This document shows, one piece after another, positions 10,484 to 22,553 of a DNA stretch of 64,000 bases. The stretch comes from Trichodelitschia bisporula. Its lineage: Eukaryota. Position 1 is the first letter of the stretch, and the number at the start of each line of letters is the position of its first letter. Both the position numbers and the translations under genes were made by a program. Location of the stretch: the NCBI GenBank assembly GCA_010356995.1, contig ML996708.1, forward strand, positions 62,001 through 126,000. Direction: 5' to 3'. The notes under the pieces were generated by a model, which had not been told where the DNA came from, made no database searches, and saw only the letters and a list, made by a program, of their open reading frames with translations.

Positions 10484-12732
10484 ATGAACGCGACACCGCA
10501 CCCAACGCAAGATGATGAGAGTTCTATCGTCCACAGAAACTCAGCCAGACGACCCAGGAGATCAAGAAATGCCGAAGCCAGTCGCCTTCTCGTGGGCTCC
10601 ACCGACTTTGAACTCAATGAACGACCCGTGCGCTCGGCTAACTCTGGGACCGATGCACTGCCTGCGAACTCTGCCAGCTCTGAAAGCGAGCGACCATCAA
10701 TGAGCCTCGATGGATCCGAGATCAAGCCAAAGAAACGTATCTCCAGCTCCGGAGCAGTTGTTTTGTTGGCCTGTTGTGTTATTACCCTCCCGATGGTGAC
10801 CATCTCCGGGGCTCTTCTAGGTCTGATCCTCAAACATCGCATCGCTACAAGTACTCTGCGATTTCATAATACGGAGTTGAACTCCGACCCAAGCTCATCT
10901 TCTTACTATATTGCCTTCCACTCAAGCACCCTCGTTGCTTTGGCTTCGTGGTCGAGTACCATCGCCCCATTTCTGGTTGGCTTTGCCATCACTCTGGTCT
11001 CTTACCCGGTCGCGCACGATATTTTACCTACCTCGAAGTTGAGGGATCCTCCCGCAGCCGAGCTTCTATCGCCATATCAGTTCTCTATGTTGGTGCGCAT
11101 GTTGCTGAGCAGTGGGCCTGTTTCAATGTTTCACTGGGGGGCGTCTGTTGGCTGGTCCAAAGAAAAGCAACCCAGGGCCCTAAAGACAATGGCTGCCCAT
11201 CTGGCTTTCGGCTTGTTTCTCAGGTTCGTCATGCGAGGAGTCCTCAGCTAAGGCTAATAGTGCGGGGTAGTTGGGTTATCATCATCTCCGATACTTGGTT
11301 TCACTTCGCGACTACTACCATTGAGTGCCAGCGGGACAATCCGTCTTCAGCCTGGTGGAAAGGCTATCCCGGGGGATGGAACGGCAGTTTTGCTATTCGC
11401 CCTGAGTGTAGCAACATTGCTACAGCAAAAACGGAGGGCTGTACGCTCGCCAAAACAGATAATGGAGTTCTTGCCCTCGTCCCCGGGAGGGTCGCTGCGA
11501 ACCTACTCTACAAACCCGATGGGTACCGGCCCGCTGGGGGCGAAGTTGAGGTCTCGACGACGAAAGCAGACATCATCGGGGAGGTGATTGTCGACAAATC
11601 TACCGGGGGCAAAGTTAAACGCGCGACGAGGAGAGATCTGGAACTCCCACCGTTCCTTCACTGGAACGCGAGTATGGATAGCTGGGTGACCAAAAATATG
11701 CCAATTGAAATGGCCTATCTCGCAGTGGCCTCTGGAGCCAGCACTCTGGAAATCGACTCTAATTCTATTCCCGATGGAACCAGCCCCGACAAGCGTAATT
11801 ACCTTGAGTATCATGCTCACTCCTGGGGCGTGGTGACGACCTGCATCAATGTCACTTCCCAGTGCCAGAATACAACAGCGGCGCCCAGTATAAACGGTGT
11901 AGGGCAGAACTTCCGATGCAATTTCCCCTTCGAAGGCGGCAATGACTTCTGGCGAATGAACTATTACACGAACTCCAGTCTTTTGGATACCGGGACAGAT
12001 GATGTTGCTACCAATCCCTACTATTTTGCCGCCTTCATCCCAGCCAACCCGATCGTGTCCGCGCCCCACTCATCGGCTGTCATAAATTGCAGCGTGGAGG
12101 TTTATGACGTGGAATTCAGGACCAGCAGGGTCGACGGCCTTCTCCGTGACAGCTGGACAGGAAGCTTCCAAAGCAATCGCACCCTCAGCAATACCACCGT
12201 GACCAACATCATCAAAGGTTCGCAGCAGTTCACGTCCTTTGGTAACGCTTTGTTTATACAAGCGGCCGGCGCTGAAAGCTTCTTCGGGACTGGACGTTTT
12301 GAAAGCATTGCCCTCGCCTATTCCAAGACGGCTCTTGCCGTCGCTGCTGATGCCTTCAGAACAGTTCCCCCGCGTGATCTCCGCTACATTGAAGAAGTTG
12401 CGGTCGTTCGCGTGAGCATCCCCGCCCTCGCTTTTCTTCTTGCCGGAAATCTTTCGTTTGTGGCTTACGGCATCGTGCTCACTTACATGGCGTACAAGCC
12501 TCACATCATGGATGGCGATACGGGCGAGGTCCTGGCCCGACTCAGTGTCCCAGCACTCGCTGCAACACTGTTTGGACAGGCACGCACGCGTGAGCCTGTA
12601 GACGAGGTGGAGGAGATGTTTGACGAACGGTATGGAATGGAAGGGCCCCTAGTGAAGTTTAACCGTACATCAGAGGGAGGTTGGGCGTTTGAAGCTGTGT
12701 CTCAAGAAGAGATATCATGGGAGGCTCATTAG
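10484..12732 (+). CDS. Uncharacterised multi-pass membrane protein with a large N-glycosylated luminal/extracellular domain
   Basis: Two ORFs joined in frame by intron 11224-11270 (GTTCGT...GCTAAT...TAG). N-terminal TM helices, SDTWFHFATT motif, many NxS/T sites, C-terminal TM followed by ARLSVPALAATLF. Confidence 0.8.
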
Positions 12733-13795
12733 TTCATGCTGGGTTTGCTGAGTGAGATTTGTACGGCGCGATGTTGATTATTGTACGGGAAGGCTGAGTT
12801 GATGATGTTTTCTGTATTTGTTCTGCAACTCATGCATCACGGTAGTGTCCCCATTTCCAAGATCGGTTTGACTGCACCCGATTAGTGATCTCTACGGGCC
12901 TTCACGCATGTATGTGATGATGTCTCAAGCTCACCATCTCTCCGACATCCTCGAGGAAGACCCCCCGCAGCTTCATCCCTCACCGCCACGGAGAGCGGAG
13001 GGATGGTACGGTAAAGCGAACTGCAGCAATGAGGTTGTGGTTGTCATGAAGTTTGCGAGTCAAAGGCGAGGGGGAAGTTGGGGACGCTTTCCCCGCAGCA
13101 TTGATGAGCTGGTGGGGCTGTGACTTTCCATGAATCGCAGGTCTTACTACGTGGAATACCGTCTCGGCATTAGGGGAACAAACATGAGTAGAACCAAAAA
13201 TGTCATGGCCGGCCCGCCAGGTATTTTACCGGACAATGATGGCCACAGCATTCTCGAGTGGTCCTTGGTATGGTACGTCACCGTCAGCAAAAGCATGGAG
13301 GCATCCTCAACCTCACAACATAGCAAAGACGAAGAAATGCAACCTCCATTCTCCAAATCGCCTTTTGCCTCGAGCGGTAGGGCCACTCTGAGCACCCCGA
13401 TGTCGCACTCTTGGAAGCCACGTGTACTCATACCGCGAGAACCCTCTTAAACGTCAGATTCCCTCGCCTTATCGTGCTGGGCAATCACGTGCGTGTCGCC
13501 AGCCTCCTTCTCAGCTCGGTGAAGGGAGTACGGAGGCGGAGCTCAGCCGCACTTCGACGTTGGTACTTAAGGTATATACGACACTAGAGACGCACTTCAC
13601 GAACCATACTCTGAGTATAAGTGCCACGACACTTCGCTCGCATCGAAAAGTAGCGGAAACATCCAATTCCAACACAGAAATCAACACCAGACGAAGCAAC
13701 GCGGGCTTCTCTACCTACAAGAACAGATCTCAGACGTCGACAGGCCTACAGTTTACGTAGTACATTGCAGTACAAGATAGACGGGTTTGGTGATT

Positions 13796-14230
13796 ATGGA
13801 CTACCCGTCCCATTTCGACCACCCACCCATGTATGCGGCGTCTGGGGATACCAGCTATTTTTTGAACAAGGAGTGGGATGGAAGGGAGCGCCTTGCTAAT
13901 GCCTATCCATGGCGGGAGCGGGAGGAGATGGACGCGCGACACGTGCCCCCGCCCCCGCCCCAGCTGCGCGCAGAGCGGCGAGGCGGAGGGCCGGCAATGT
14001 GGCAGCGCCCGCAAGCGCGGGACCTGATCCGTCCGAGCATGGTCGAAGAGCTAGGCTGCCACGGGAACGTTGCGCGGCGGGTGAGCACGGTGATGGAGCG
14101 CCGGGAGGAGATGGAGCGCGTTGGCAATGATGCTCCGGTTCCAACGAAGGGGCCGGAGGAGATAGAACGCGTTGCCAGCGGTGCTCAGGTTTTACGGAAG
14201 GAGGGTGGGGAGATGGAAAGCGTTTGCTAA
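13796..14230 (+). CDS. Hypothetical protein (frame continues past the TAA to 14467)
   Basis: ATG 13796, E/R-rich ORF, no domain recognised. Confidence 0.45.
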   Translation: MDYPSHFDHPPMYAASGDTSYFLNKEWDGRERLANAYPWREREEMDARHVPPPPPQLRAERRGGGPAMWQRPQARDLIRPSMVEELGCHGNVARRVSTVMERREEMERVGNDAPVPTKGPEEIERVASGAQVLRKEGGEMESVC

Positions 14231-14537
14231 TCACCCTCCGGTTCTGACGGACTTGAAGAGGATGAGAAGCGTGGGCGACGATTCTCCAGTGAGAAAGAAG
14301 AAGAGAGGCTTGTGGGCTCGACCGAAGAAGATATGTGGAAGGTGGGGGGTTCACCTGGGCGAGGGGCAAGTGAAATAAGGGAACCGGAGGAGGTATGTGG
14401 AGACGTCAATGAATCTCCGGTGGGCACTTATCACACTATCAACGCTCGAGCTGATTTGATGGTTTAGGGCGTCATGTTTCTGTCTAGGCCGTGTCGACCG
14501 CTATCCCTACGAAATCAAAATCAAAATCCACCCCCCA

Positions 14538-16658
14538 TCAGTCATACAAGCTCTGACTTCCGCTCCCCCGCTTCGACGCCTGCGGCGCCGTCACCTTGAT
14601 CCCGCTTTCCATGCGCGCCAGCGTCATCTCGTACCCCTTGACATTGCACCAAGTACGCACCGTATGAATCGCATTCTTGATCTCACGCCCGTTGAGCTCC
14701 CACTGCGCCAACTCCTTGATATCCTCCTCCGTCATCCCTGCAAGCGTAGCCTCGCTGTCGCTGTCTCCACCACTCTTACCTCCAGGCAAGCGCTCAAGGA
14801 ACTTGCGCCAGACGAGGGCGCGCGCCTCCGGCGCCAGCGGCGAGAAAAGCAAGTGGATGTTGACGCGCGAGCGGAAGGCCGCATCGATGGTGTGGTACAG
14901 GTTGGTGGTCAGAAAGATGATGCCCGAGAAGTATTCCAGCTCGCGCAGAAAGATGGACACCAGCTCGTTGCGCACGATGTCGTTGGGCGACCGCTCCGCC
15001 ATGAAGACATCCGCTTCGTCCAAAAGGATCACCGCGTCCCAGTCGGTGGCCAGCTCGAACACCTTTTTGATCTTGGGGCCCAGCTCGGCGGCCACAATTC
15101 CCAGGTCCTCGGCTTGCAGGTAGAAGAGCGGTCGGCGTGTGCGGTCGGCTACCGCCTCGGCCATCAGCGTCTTGCCTGTGCCTGGCGGCCCGCTGAGCAA
15201 GGTGATGAGGCCCTGCCCCTTGCCGACAATGACGTCTTGCACAACCTGCGTCCCGGGCCGGCGGTGGTTTTCGACAAACGACAGGATCAGATCCTTCTGC
15301 TGCTCCGGGTACACAAGATGGTCGTACGCCTCGTCGTTCCACACCATGGGCTTGATATCGTCGAGGAAGAACATGAGCCACTGCTTGTTCTTCAGCGCAT
15401 ACCCCGCCAGCGTCGGCGCAACGTAAACGAGATCCTCCGGCCGAGCCAGCATGTCCGCCTTGTTCTTCGCCTGCGCCGCCTCATCCAACCGGTGGATATA
15501 CGGCTTCTCCGGCTCCTTCTTCTCCTTCTCCTTCTTCTCCTCGTCGCCCTGCATCACCAAGCCCCGCACCCGATTCAACTCTTTCAGCCGCCGCTTCTCC
15601 TGCCGCACCCAATCATCCCCCTCATTATTCTCCCGCTCCTTCTCCGTCTCCCCCCGCCCAAGACCCAGGAAGTGCTTCTTGAACCCAAACACATCGACCA
15701 AAATCCTCCCCTCAACATTATGCCGCTCCTGCCCATGCATACTATCACACGTCGCCACACCCGCATACATCGCATACGCCAAGCCCTGAAACTCCAGCGC
15801 GCGCGTCCCACGATCCGCAAGCCGCTTGCGCACCGCATCCGGCGCCTCATGACAACTCAGCGGGTAATGCTCCAAATCACGCACGGGCCTGTTCCCAGTA
15901 AAAATGCCCACCCGCGCCTCACTCGCGCTCCACGCAAACTTCCGCCCGTCAAACACCACCTCCTCGCACTCGAGCACCAACGCCCCGTTCTTCCGATCGT
16001 ACCGTGTGCTCTTAACGCGGCGGATGCGCTCGCAGTCCGGGCCGGGCGTGTACACGTCGCAGCCGCGCGGGAAGAAGGCCCAGGCTAGGTTGTACGTGAT
16101 CAGGCTTGCGGCCTCGAGGGTTTTGATCTGCGTGCCGACGCTGCCGAAGAGTTCCGCCATGAGGCTGAGAAGAAGATCGGTTTGGATCTTGAGCTGGCTG
16201 CCGGCGGCGGCGTCGGCGGAAATGCGCTTGATGTCGTCGCGGCGGAACCAAAGGGGCTGGAAGGGGGCGTGGAAAGTCGCCGTGTCGCCGTCGGCGAGGT
16301 ACGTGCCCTCCTTTGCCAGAACCGGGCGGAGCGCATCGAGCAGCGTGTAATTCTGCACTTCGAGCATGAACGGCGCGAGGCTGACGCGGCCCTTGATCAC
16401 GGGCTTGGAGTAATCAATGATTTTGTACAGCTTCAGCGCGACGCGGTCCTGCTGCCGCGCGACTTTGGCGCTGATCTGCTTCGGCGGCGTGTCGACCCAG
16501 TCGCGGCATAGCGGGGAGGAATTCTTGCTTTCGTAGAAGTATTTGATTGTGGCGTCGATGCCGCGGGTGGGGTCTTTGGGGGCTTCGCCGGGGGGTGGGG
16601 CGGGGATTTTGTTGCGGGTTGGCAGGGAGCCCGCGAAGCGAGAGAGGAGGGGAGGCAT
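14538..16658 (-). CDS. Fungal AAA+ ATPase (single C-terminal AAA domain, long N-terminal region)
   Basis: 706 aa from ATG 16658. Walker A GPPGTGKT, Walker B ILLDEAD, LRELEYFSGIIFLTTN...IDAAFRSR and NGREIKN. Confidence 0.92.
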   Translation of the reverse strand: MPPLLSRFAGSLPTRNKIPAPPPGEAPKDPTRGIDATIKYFYESKNSSPLCRDWVDTPPKQISAKVARQQDRVALKLYKIIDYSKPVIKGRVSLAPFMLEVQNYTLLDALRPVLAKEGTYLADGDTATFHAPFQPLWFRRDDIKRISADAAAGSQLKIQTDLLLSLMAELFGSVGTQIKTLEAASLITYNLAWAFFPRGCDVYTPGPDCERIRRVKSTRYDRKNGALVLECEEVVFDGRKFAWSASEARVGIFTGNRPVRDLEHYPLSCHEAPDAVRKRLADRGTRALEFQGLAYAMYAGVATCDSMHGQERHNVEGRILVDVFGFKKHFLGLGRGETEKERENNEGDDWVRQEKRRLKELNRVRGLVMQGDEEKKEKEKKEPEKPYIHRLDEAAQAKNKADMLARPEDLVYVAPTLAGYALKNKQWLMFFLDDIKPMVWNDEAYDHLVYPEQQKDLILSFVENHRRPGTQVVQDVIVGKGQGLITLLSGPPGTGKTLMAEAVADRTRRPLFYLQAEDLGIVAAELGPKIKKVFELATDWDAVILLDEADVFMAERSPNDIVRNELVSIFLRELEYFSGIIFLTTNLYHTIDAAFRSRVNIHLLFSPLAPEARALVWRKFLERLPGGKSGGDSDSEATLAGMTEEDIKELAQWELNGREIKNAIHTVRTWCNVKGYEMTLARMESGIKVTAPQASKRGSGSQSLYD

Positions 16659-17384
16659 GGTTGGTCGGGTGGGGTTGTGGGGTTGGGAGATGTTCTCCAG
16701 ATGAGGCGGAGCAGCGGGGAGCACGAAGATAGGCCGGGCGAGAAGTGAGGACCAGGAAACTAGGAGACTTGTCCGTGACGTCTGATCTAGACAGCGGGAA
16801 GCGTCTTAAATGCAATCCTGCAGCCTTCCGCCCCGCATCAATACCCCTCAAGGCAGCAGTAAACACAGCTCGCGGTGCGCGCGCCACACCCCGGCTGAAA
16901 GCGCCGCGCGAGGCTGATTCGTTTCTCGGCGCGCAGCCGATCTGCAGGTTCAAGGTCGGAATCCCAATGCCCAAGAGGGGAATCCCGATGCCGACACCGC
17001 AGGCGCCTCGTTTATCCAGCCACGTTGCGCTTGTTATTGTGCAGTTTAAGCGCGTGGTGTGAATTCTGTAGCCTAATCGCCGGTTGCCCAGTTAAGGAGG
17101 GGAGGTTCGATCAAGCTCCTCGCTAACGATTCGTGCGGGGTTAGGCTGACACAGCCACCGTGGCTTTATTGGTGTGGCACGCGAGGAGAGCCTCGAGTCT
17201 CAACGAGATGTGCGCATTATGTGTCCTTCAGCTTGCTACAGCTATCCCCGTGATATGCGCGCCCTTGACGACAGATAAGCATTCATGTGTCCATTTGGCT
17301 TCAATGACACATGCGCCCAATATGTGCTTTGCCCACTACGGCAAGTCGGCGATATCCAACGCCGTCACACAACATTCCCCGCAT

Positions 17385-19299
17385 CTAGCCCCCCCTCCTT
17401 CCCGTCCGCTCAGGCCAAAGCACCACCCTCTCCATCTCGCGATCAAACCCAAGCAACTCCCTCTCCATCCCCCACAGCGGTGCCTCAGGCAGCACCCTTG
17501 TGCTAACATTGCGCTCCTCGAACCTCGCACGCCAGTACACCTCGGGTCTCCCACGGGGTCCATCGGGATACTCAACGACCAGCTTCCAGTCAGCCAGCCC
17601 GTCGGGATCATATGGTCCATTATCATCAACCCCAGGGCCCCGGCAGACCATCCGCACGCGCACACTTGCGTGGACATACTCGTGCGTGTCGCGCAGTGGC
17701 CTGTCGGAGATATGCCCGTCCTTGTCGACGGCGTAGTACTCGCCGGGATGGCGAGCTGTGCCGCCGCCTATGGCGTACACACCCTTCATAGAGTTCGTGA
17801 TCTTCCCAAAGCCCCAAGGGCGCGGTTTCCGTCCTGTGGTCAAGTAGTACTGGTGGTTGTCAATGGCTTGGTCGCGGATGTAGCCCGTCTGGATGTCGAG
17901 GAAGGGTGCGATTTGCGATAACATCCAAGCCAGACTGATATTGGCAAGGTTTTGGTCGTCGAGGCCGCCGCCCACATTGGAGTGCACACCTGGGAACCAG
18001 ACTTGGCGGAGGCGCTGGTGGGGTTAGTCTTGCGGGATGAGAGGAAAGGGAAGGTACCGTCCGGTTGCCGCGCGGCTTCTCCCACACGGCCGGCGCAAAT
18101 GCGGTGCGCCGCTCTTCCAGCGCGAGCGCTTGAAATGCATTCTCGATACAGTCGGACAGCTTCGTGTCCCAGAAAGACATTTCGCGGGACTCATCACCCT
18201 GGATTCCGATGCGGGTGAGGACGGGGATACGGGGTAGGCCAAGCGAGCCTGGCAATCAGCACTGACAGCGCAACTCAGCCCGTAAAACTCACCAACCGTG
18301 TCCCATACCCCTACCACCTTGATGTCGACATCCAGAATCGTCATACCTCGGCGGGCCAACCCATCCTTGTACGACGGATCTGAAGCACTGGGCTTATTCT
18401 TATACGGCTGATCCGGTGTCATAGGCTGGTAGTGCGGATCATGACGATGGCGCACATCGCGGAATATCTCCGGCAGATACGGCAAGCCGCGCTTGGTGAG
18501 CAGCCCGACCGCACCGATGAGGCCCGCAATCGAACGCGCGGTAAAGGCGCCGCGCGAGAAGCCGAAAATGAAGATCTCGTCGCCGGGCGTGTAGTTGTTT
18601 GCGAGGAAGGAGTACGACTCGCGCACGTTCTCCGCCAGTCCGACTCCAACGGCCCCCGCCACCACGCGGTTAATGATGCTCCCGTGACTCCCAACGCCAG
18701 AATGATACGACACAACCTGCGGGACGTTGTCGTCGCTCTCCGCCTTAATCGCACGTGCCAGCCGCGTCACGTTGCTCGGCGTCGGAATCTCGCCGTTGAG
18801 ATTGCCGTTATCGGAGTCGAGCCAGGTGCCTATGCCATCAGTCACGCATCACACGTACTCGAAGCAACCCACCATCAGCGCAAATAATCAGTCGCTTATA
18901 CGGCTGACTGGTATACCGTCTCGGACACACCCTCTCCCCCTCCCGATCGACGCGATCCCGTCCCCCCCTCTCCCCATCGCGGATCTGCATCGACCCGGCC
19001 CGATCGACGAGCACAGCCACATCCCGATCGTAAGTCTCCCGCTCCTCATACTGGCCATCGCGGCTGCGCGACCGGTCATCGCGGCTCCGCTCCCGGTACT
19101 CAGACACCTCGAGCCGGTCGCCGAGGCGTCCATCCCGGCTGCGGGGTCGCTCGTCGCGCCCGGCGTTGAGGCGCCCATCTCGGCTCTGGGGCCGGTCGTT
19201 GCGTCCGTCGCGGCTGCCGTCGCGGCGCCGCTGCTGCACGTATTCTTCTCGTCCGTCTGGCCCGTCGCGCCGGACGATGACGACTTCGTCGCGGGGCAT
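17385..19299 (-). CDS. DUF2235 / Tle1-like alpha-beta hydrolase (putative phospholipase) with R/D/S-rich N-terminus
   Basis: Motifs KRLIICADG^TW, SNVTRL, GFSRG, GVWDTVG^SLG, QALALEERR and VWFPGVHSNVGGG. Introns 18830-18872, 18249-18292 and 18015-18057. Confidence 0.92.
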
Positions 19300-20144
19300 C
19301 GCCGCGTTATCTTGTCAAAGCCGAATCACTCAGAGCCTAACCGTGCCGCAAACCGGTGGTAAAGAAACTGTGCCTTCTTTTCCCAATATCGCAAGTAAGC
19401 ACGTGAGTGTAAGACGATGGACTATAAATGATGGAAGACGAAATTCGAGAGGCACGCGGTGGGATTTATGCGCGATGTCGAGAGTAGGTTAGCATCGCCA
19501 TGCGCGCCGAGCCTCAGCCCCGCCTCGGGATCCTTGCCGATGATCTCGGCGGTGCCGGGCCACGTGATATTTCAGCTTTGCTGCAAGACGAAGTGCTCTC
19601 ATCAATCCCGATAAGAATGAAAGCATGGGCTTCCTTTGCAGGTACCGTAGAGCTGTAATTCGATGGATATTGTTCCAGACAATTCCAGACCTTTTATCAA
19701 AATCGGTGAGCGCCAAAAGCGTGTCATCCGCTGCGCCTCAGCCTTGTCTTCGCCACAGTCATTTGAAGGCAGACGGCAGCTGAACCTTGTGAATAAAAGC
19801 TTGCTGCATGACCAAATTTTGGAGGTCTTGGTGCTGGTATGGTTTTTCTGGCACTGGAAGAAGATAACTGCATGAGCTCAGAAGCCGGGCAACACAGCCG
19901 CCCTCCGGGGATTCAGTCAAGCCGGGCGTCAATGCCTTCATGCCCATCCCTTGACCCCACCGATCAATGGTCCATGCCAATGCGGAGAAGGAAGAATCAT
20001 CATCCGGCCGCCCAATCTCAACCGCAGCAGCATTCTTGCCGGCGACGAGCTGCGAGTGCAGTGCGGGGCACCCTTTCAACCCCGCACCAGCCATCCTTCA
20101 ACCCCCAAAGCCCAAGCAGAAACTCAACCCCCCCCCCACCCAAA

Positions 20145-20864
20145 ATGCCCCTCGAAATAGCCATCTTCTCCGACATCTCCTTTAACCCCGCCCTCTCCAG
20201 CTTTCCCCCCGACCGCATAGAAGTATGCACCAACTACGCCGTCGGCGGCCTCACACCCCCCCGTAGCCTCCTCGATGCCCTCTGTACGCAACGCTCCCAC
20301 GACTCCCGTCGCTACGACATCCACGCACTCATCCGCCCGCACGCCAATGGGTTCGTCTATAGCGAGACGGATATCGAGGCCATGAAGGCCAGCATAGACG
20401 AGTTGGGGCAGTATGTGGGCGGATATGTGTTCGGTGTATTGCGTGAGGGGGAAAATGGGCTGGAACTCGATGTGCCGCAGTGTAAGGCGCTGATTGCGCA
20501 TGCGCAGAGCAATTCACTTCCATTGCGCAAGAAGTGCGTGCTGCACCGCGCGGTTGACGAGATAGTCTGCGAGCCGAGCGATTTGGTTAACCAAGTGGTT
20601 GCAGCGGGCTTTGACGCTGTGCTGATGAGCGGGAAGGCAGGTACAGATGCGATAGAGAGTGTGCCGCGGATTAAGGCGGTTGTCGAAGCGGCGGCGGGGC
20701 GGTTTGAAGTCATTGTCGGTGGCGGAGTGAGAACCGAGCACATAAAGGAGCTAAAGCAGACGGGGGCAAAGTGGTTTCACTCTTCGGCAATTCGGAGCAA
20801 AAGTACTGATATGGCTGATGCGAGGGAGCTGTATGACTTGCTAGATGCCGTAGGCCGAAACTGA
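20145..20864 (+). CDS. cutC: CutC-family copper homeostasis protein
   Basis: Motifs DRIEVC, GGLTP, LIRPHANGFVYS, GYVFGVL, LHRAVD, VLMSG and GGGVR. Confidence 0.88.
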   Translation: MPLEIAIFSDISFNPALSSFPPDRIEVCTNYAVGGLTPPRSLLDALCTQRSHDSRRYDIHALIRPHANGFVYSETDIEAMKASIDELGQYVGGYVFGVLREGENGLELDVPQCKALIAHAQSNSLPLRKKCVLHRAVDEIVCEPSDLVNQVVAAGFDAVLMSGKAGTDAIESVPRIKAVVEAAAGRFEVIVGGGVRTEHIKELKQTGAKWFHSSAIRSKSTDMADARELYDLLDAVGRN

Positions 20865-20955
20865 GAAGATGGACGCTCTGGCGTTCCTATCCTCAACATC
20901 ACGAGAATTGTACTCCCCAGACGTCGAATCACCATTGTTACCCCATCCCGCCCGC

Positions 20956-21894
20956 TCAAGTCCCGACAACGCGCCATTGGGAAGCACCAGCCTCTCTCCC
21001 AGTCGCTTGAGCGACCAGCTCAGGACCCGGCTTCCTCGCCGTGACCACAGTGTACCGATACACCCCCTTGACAGCAGACCGATATGCCTCAACGCCCGCC
21101 ATAGTATTGACAAACCGCTTTTGCAATCCCAGCGCCTTGATGACAAGATAGGGTATATACCCAACGACAAAAAATAACCACAGCAACGGCTGCGTCCTCT
21201 TAGACAAGTCCCTCACCACAACATCCACAAACCCAGCCTCAGCAAGCATCCCGTCCAGCACGCCCCGCGAGAAGCGCTGATTCGCCGGCATAGCCGAAAG
21301 ATCGTTAATCGCCTGCATCGACAGCCGATCCTCCTCCGGCAGCGTCTCAACAGCGATATGGTCGTACTCATACAGCGCAAGCCGACCACCGGGTCGGAGT
21401 GTGCGGTAGAACTCGGCAAGCACCTTCTCCGGCTCCGCAGCATGCACCAGCGTTTCCATGGTATATATGCCTTCGAACCGCCCCGTCTCAAACACAGACA
21501 AGTCATGGTAGTCGCCCTTCCTTACACGCACTCTGCCCTCAAGTCCCCGCCCCCGCACCGTCTGCCGCGCCCGCACAACATGCCGATCCACAATATCAAT
21601 TCCCTCGACGCGCAGCCCGCGCGCCGCAAGATTTGCCGCAACATAACCATGCCCGCATCCCGCGTCCAGAACCTCGCTCTCCTCCGGCAGAGCCAATGAA
21701 TCGAAGAGATGGTCCTCCATGCGGCGCAAAGCAGTACCAATAGGCCATGGCCAGGCGTTCTCGTTTTCGTAGAGCCCGAAGTGCCGTGTGCCGCCTAGGA
21801 AAAGCCGGTATCCGAGGCGCGATTCGAGGGAGTTGTAGTATCGCTGCAGTTTGGTGTGATGCTTGAGAAGGGACTTGCGCTCTGGGGAAGACAT
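20956..21894 (-). CDS. SAM-dependent methyltransferase (sterol C24-methyltransferase-like class I MTase)
   Basis: 312-aa ORF with motifs GGTRHFGLY, VLDAGCGHG, YTMETLVHA and LRPGG. Confidence 0.9.
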   Translation of the reverse strand: MSSPERKSLLKHHTKLQRYYNSLESRLGYRLFLGGTRHFGLYENENAWPWPIGTALRRMEDHLFDSLALPEESEVLDAGCGHGYVAANLAARGLRVEGIDIVDRHVVRARQTVRGRGLEGRVRVRKGDYHDLSVFETGRFEGIYTMETLVHAAEPEKVLAEFYRTLRPGGRLALYEYDHIAVETLPEEDRLSMQAINDLSAMPANQRFSRGVLDGMLAEAGFVDVVVRDLSKRTQPLLWLFFVVGYIPYLVIKALGLQKRFVNTMAGVEAYRSAVKGVYRYTVVTARKPGPELVAQATGREAGASQWRVVGT

Positions 21895-22553
21895 GATGAT
21901 GATGGTTGGTACGTTGGTAGGTAATGTGGGCCCTTCGGGCTCGTAGCCGCGGGCTTCCGGTGAGCGGTCCGCTATGCGGTCGCTAGCTGCAAGAAGCTGG
22001 TGCCTGTCGCGAACCCCATGCCTCCCGGGAGTGGCTTCAGCCTAGCGCTAACTCCCACCGGGCCGCTCCTGCCGCTGTACCTCATGCGTTCTCCGAGTTC
22101 GCGTTTCGCTTCTCCGTTCTGCTACCAGTCAATGTTGTTGTTGTACTTCGAGGAAACTAAACCTGAGCATCCAGCGAACTTGCCGGGTACGGTAATCCGC
22201 TAACCTACAGATGTACTTTCACTCGATGCGACATGCCTTAGCCTTTGCCTGCAGCGTCGGAACACTGGTGCGATACACGTTCTATTCATGACTACTTTAT
22301 CCTCACTGCTCAGCTCGCGTCGACATTGGTGCAGCCTTGTCCTACCAAAATTTTTTCGCTGACGTTACTGGGGGAAAGCTGCACAATCTGGGCTAGGTGA
22401 AGAGTGAGCTCGCTTTGCACCAAGGGAAACAATGATTAAGATTCGGTTCGATAGATCTAAGTATGAGCCGCTGACACCATCACTCCTTCCTGCCAGCCGT
22501 ATGATACCTGCCGTCCACACGTCAACCGTACCGATGGTCGCTTCGCACTATGC

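Noticed and set aside
14664..16088. 474-aa ORF antisense to the AAA+ ATPase
   Set aside because: It is a shadow of the GC3-biased sense gene and has no motifs. Similar antisense ORFs overlie FAS1, NCA2 and the MFS genes.
19839..20144. N-terminal extension of the CutC ORF
   Set aside because: CutC homology begins at MPLEIA (ATG 20145, good AAAATG context). The extension is likely promoter or UTR.
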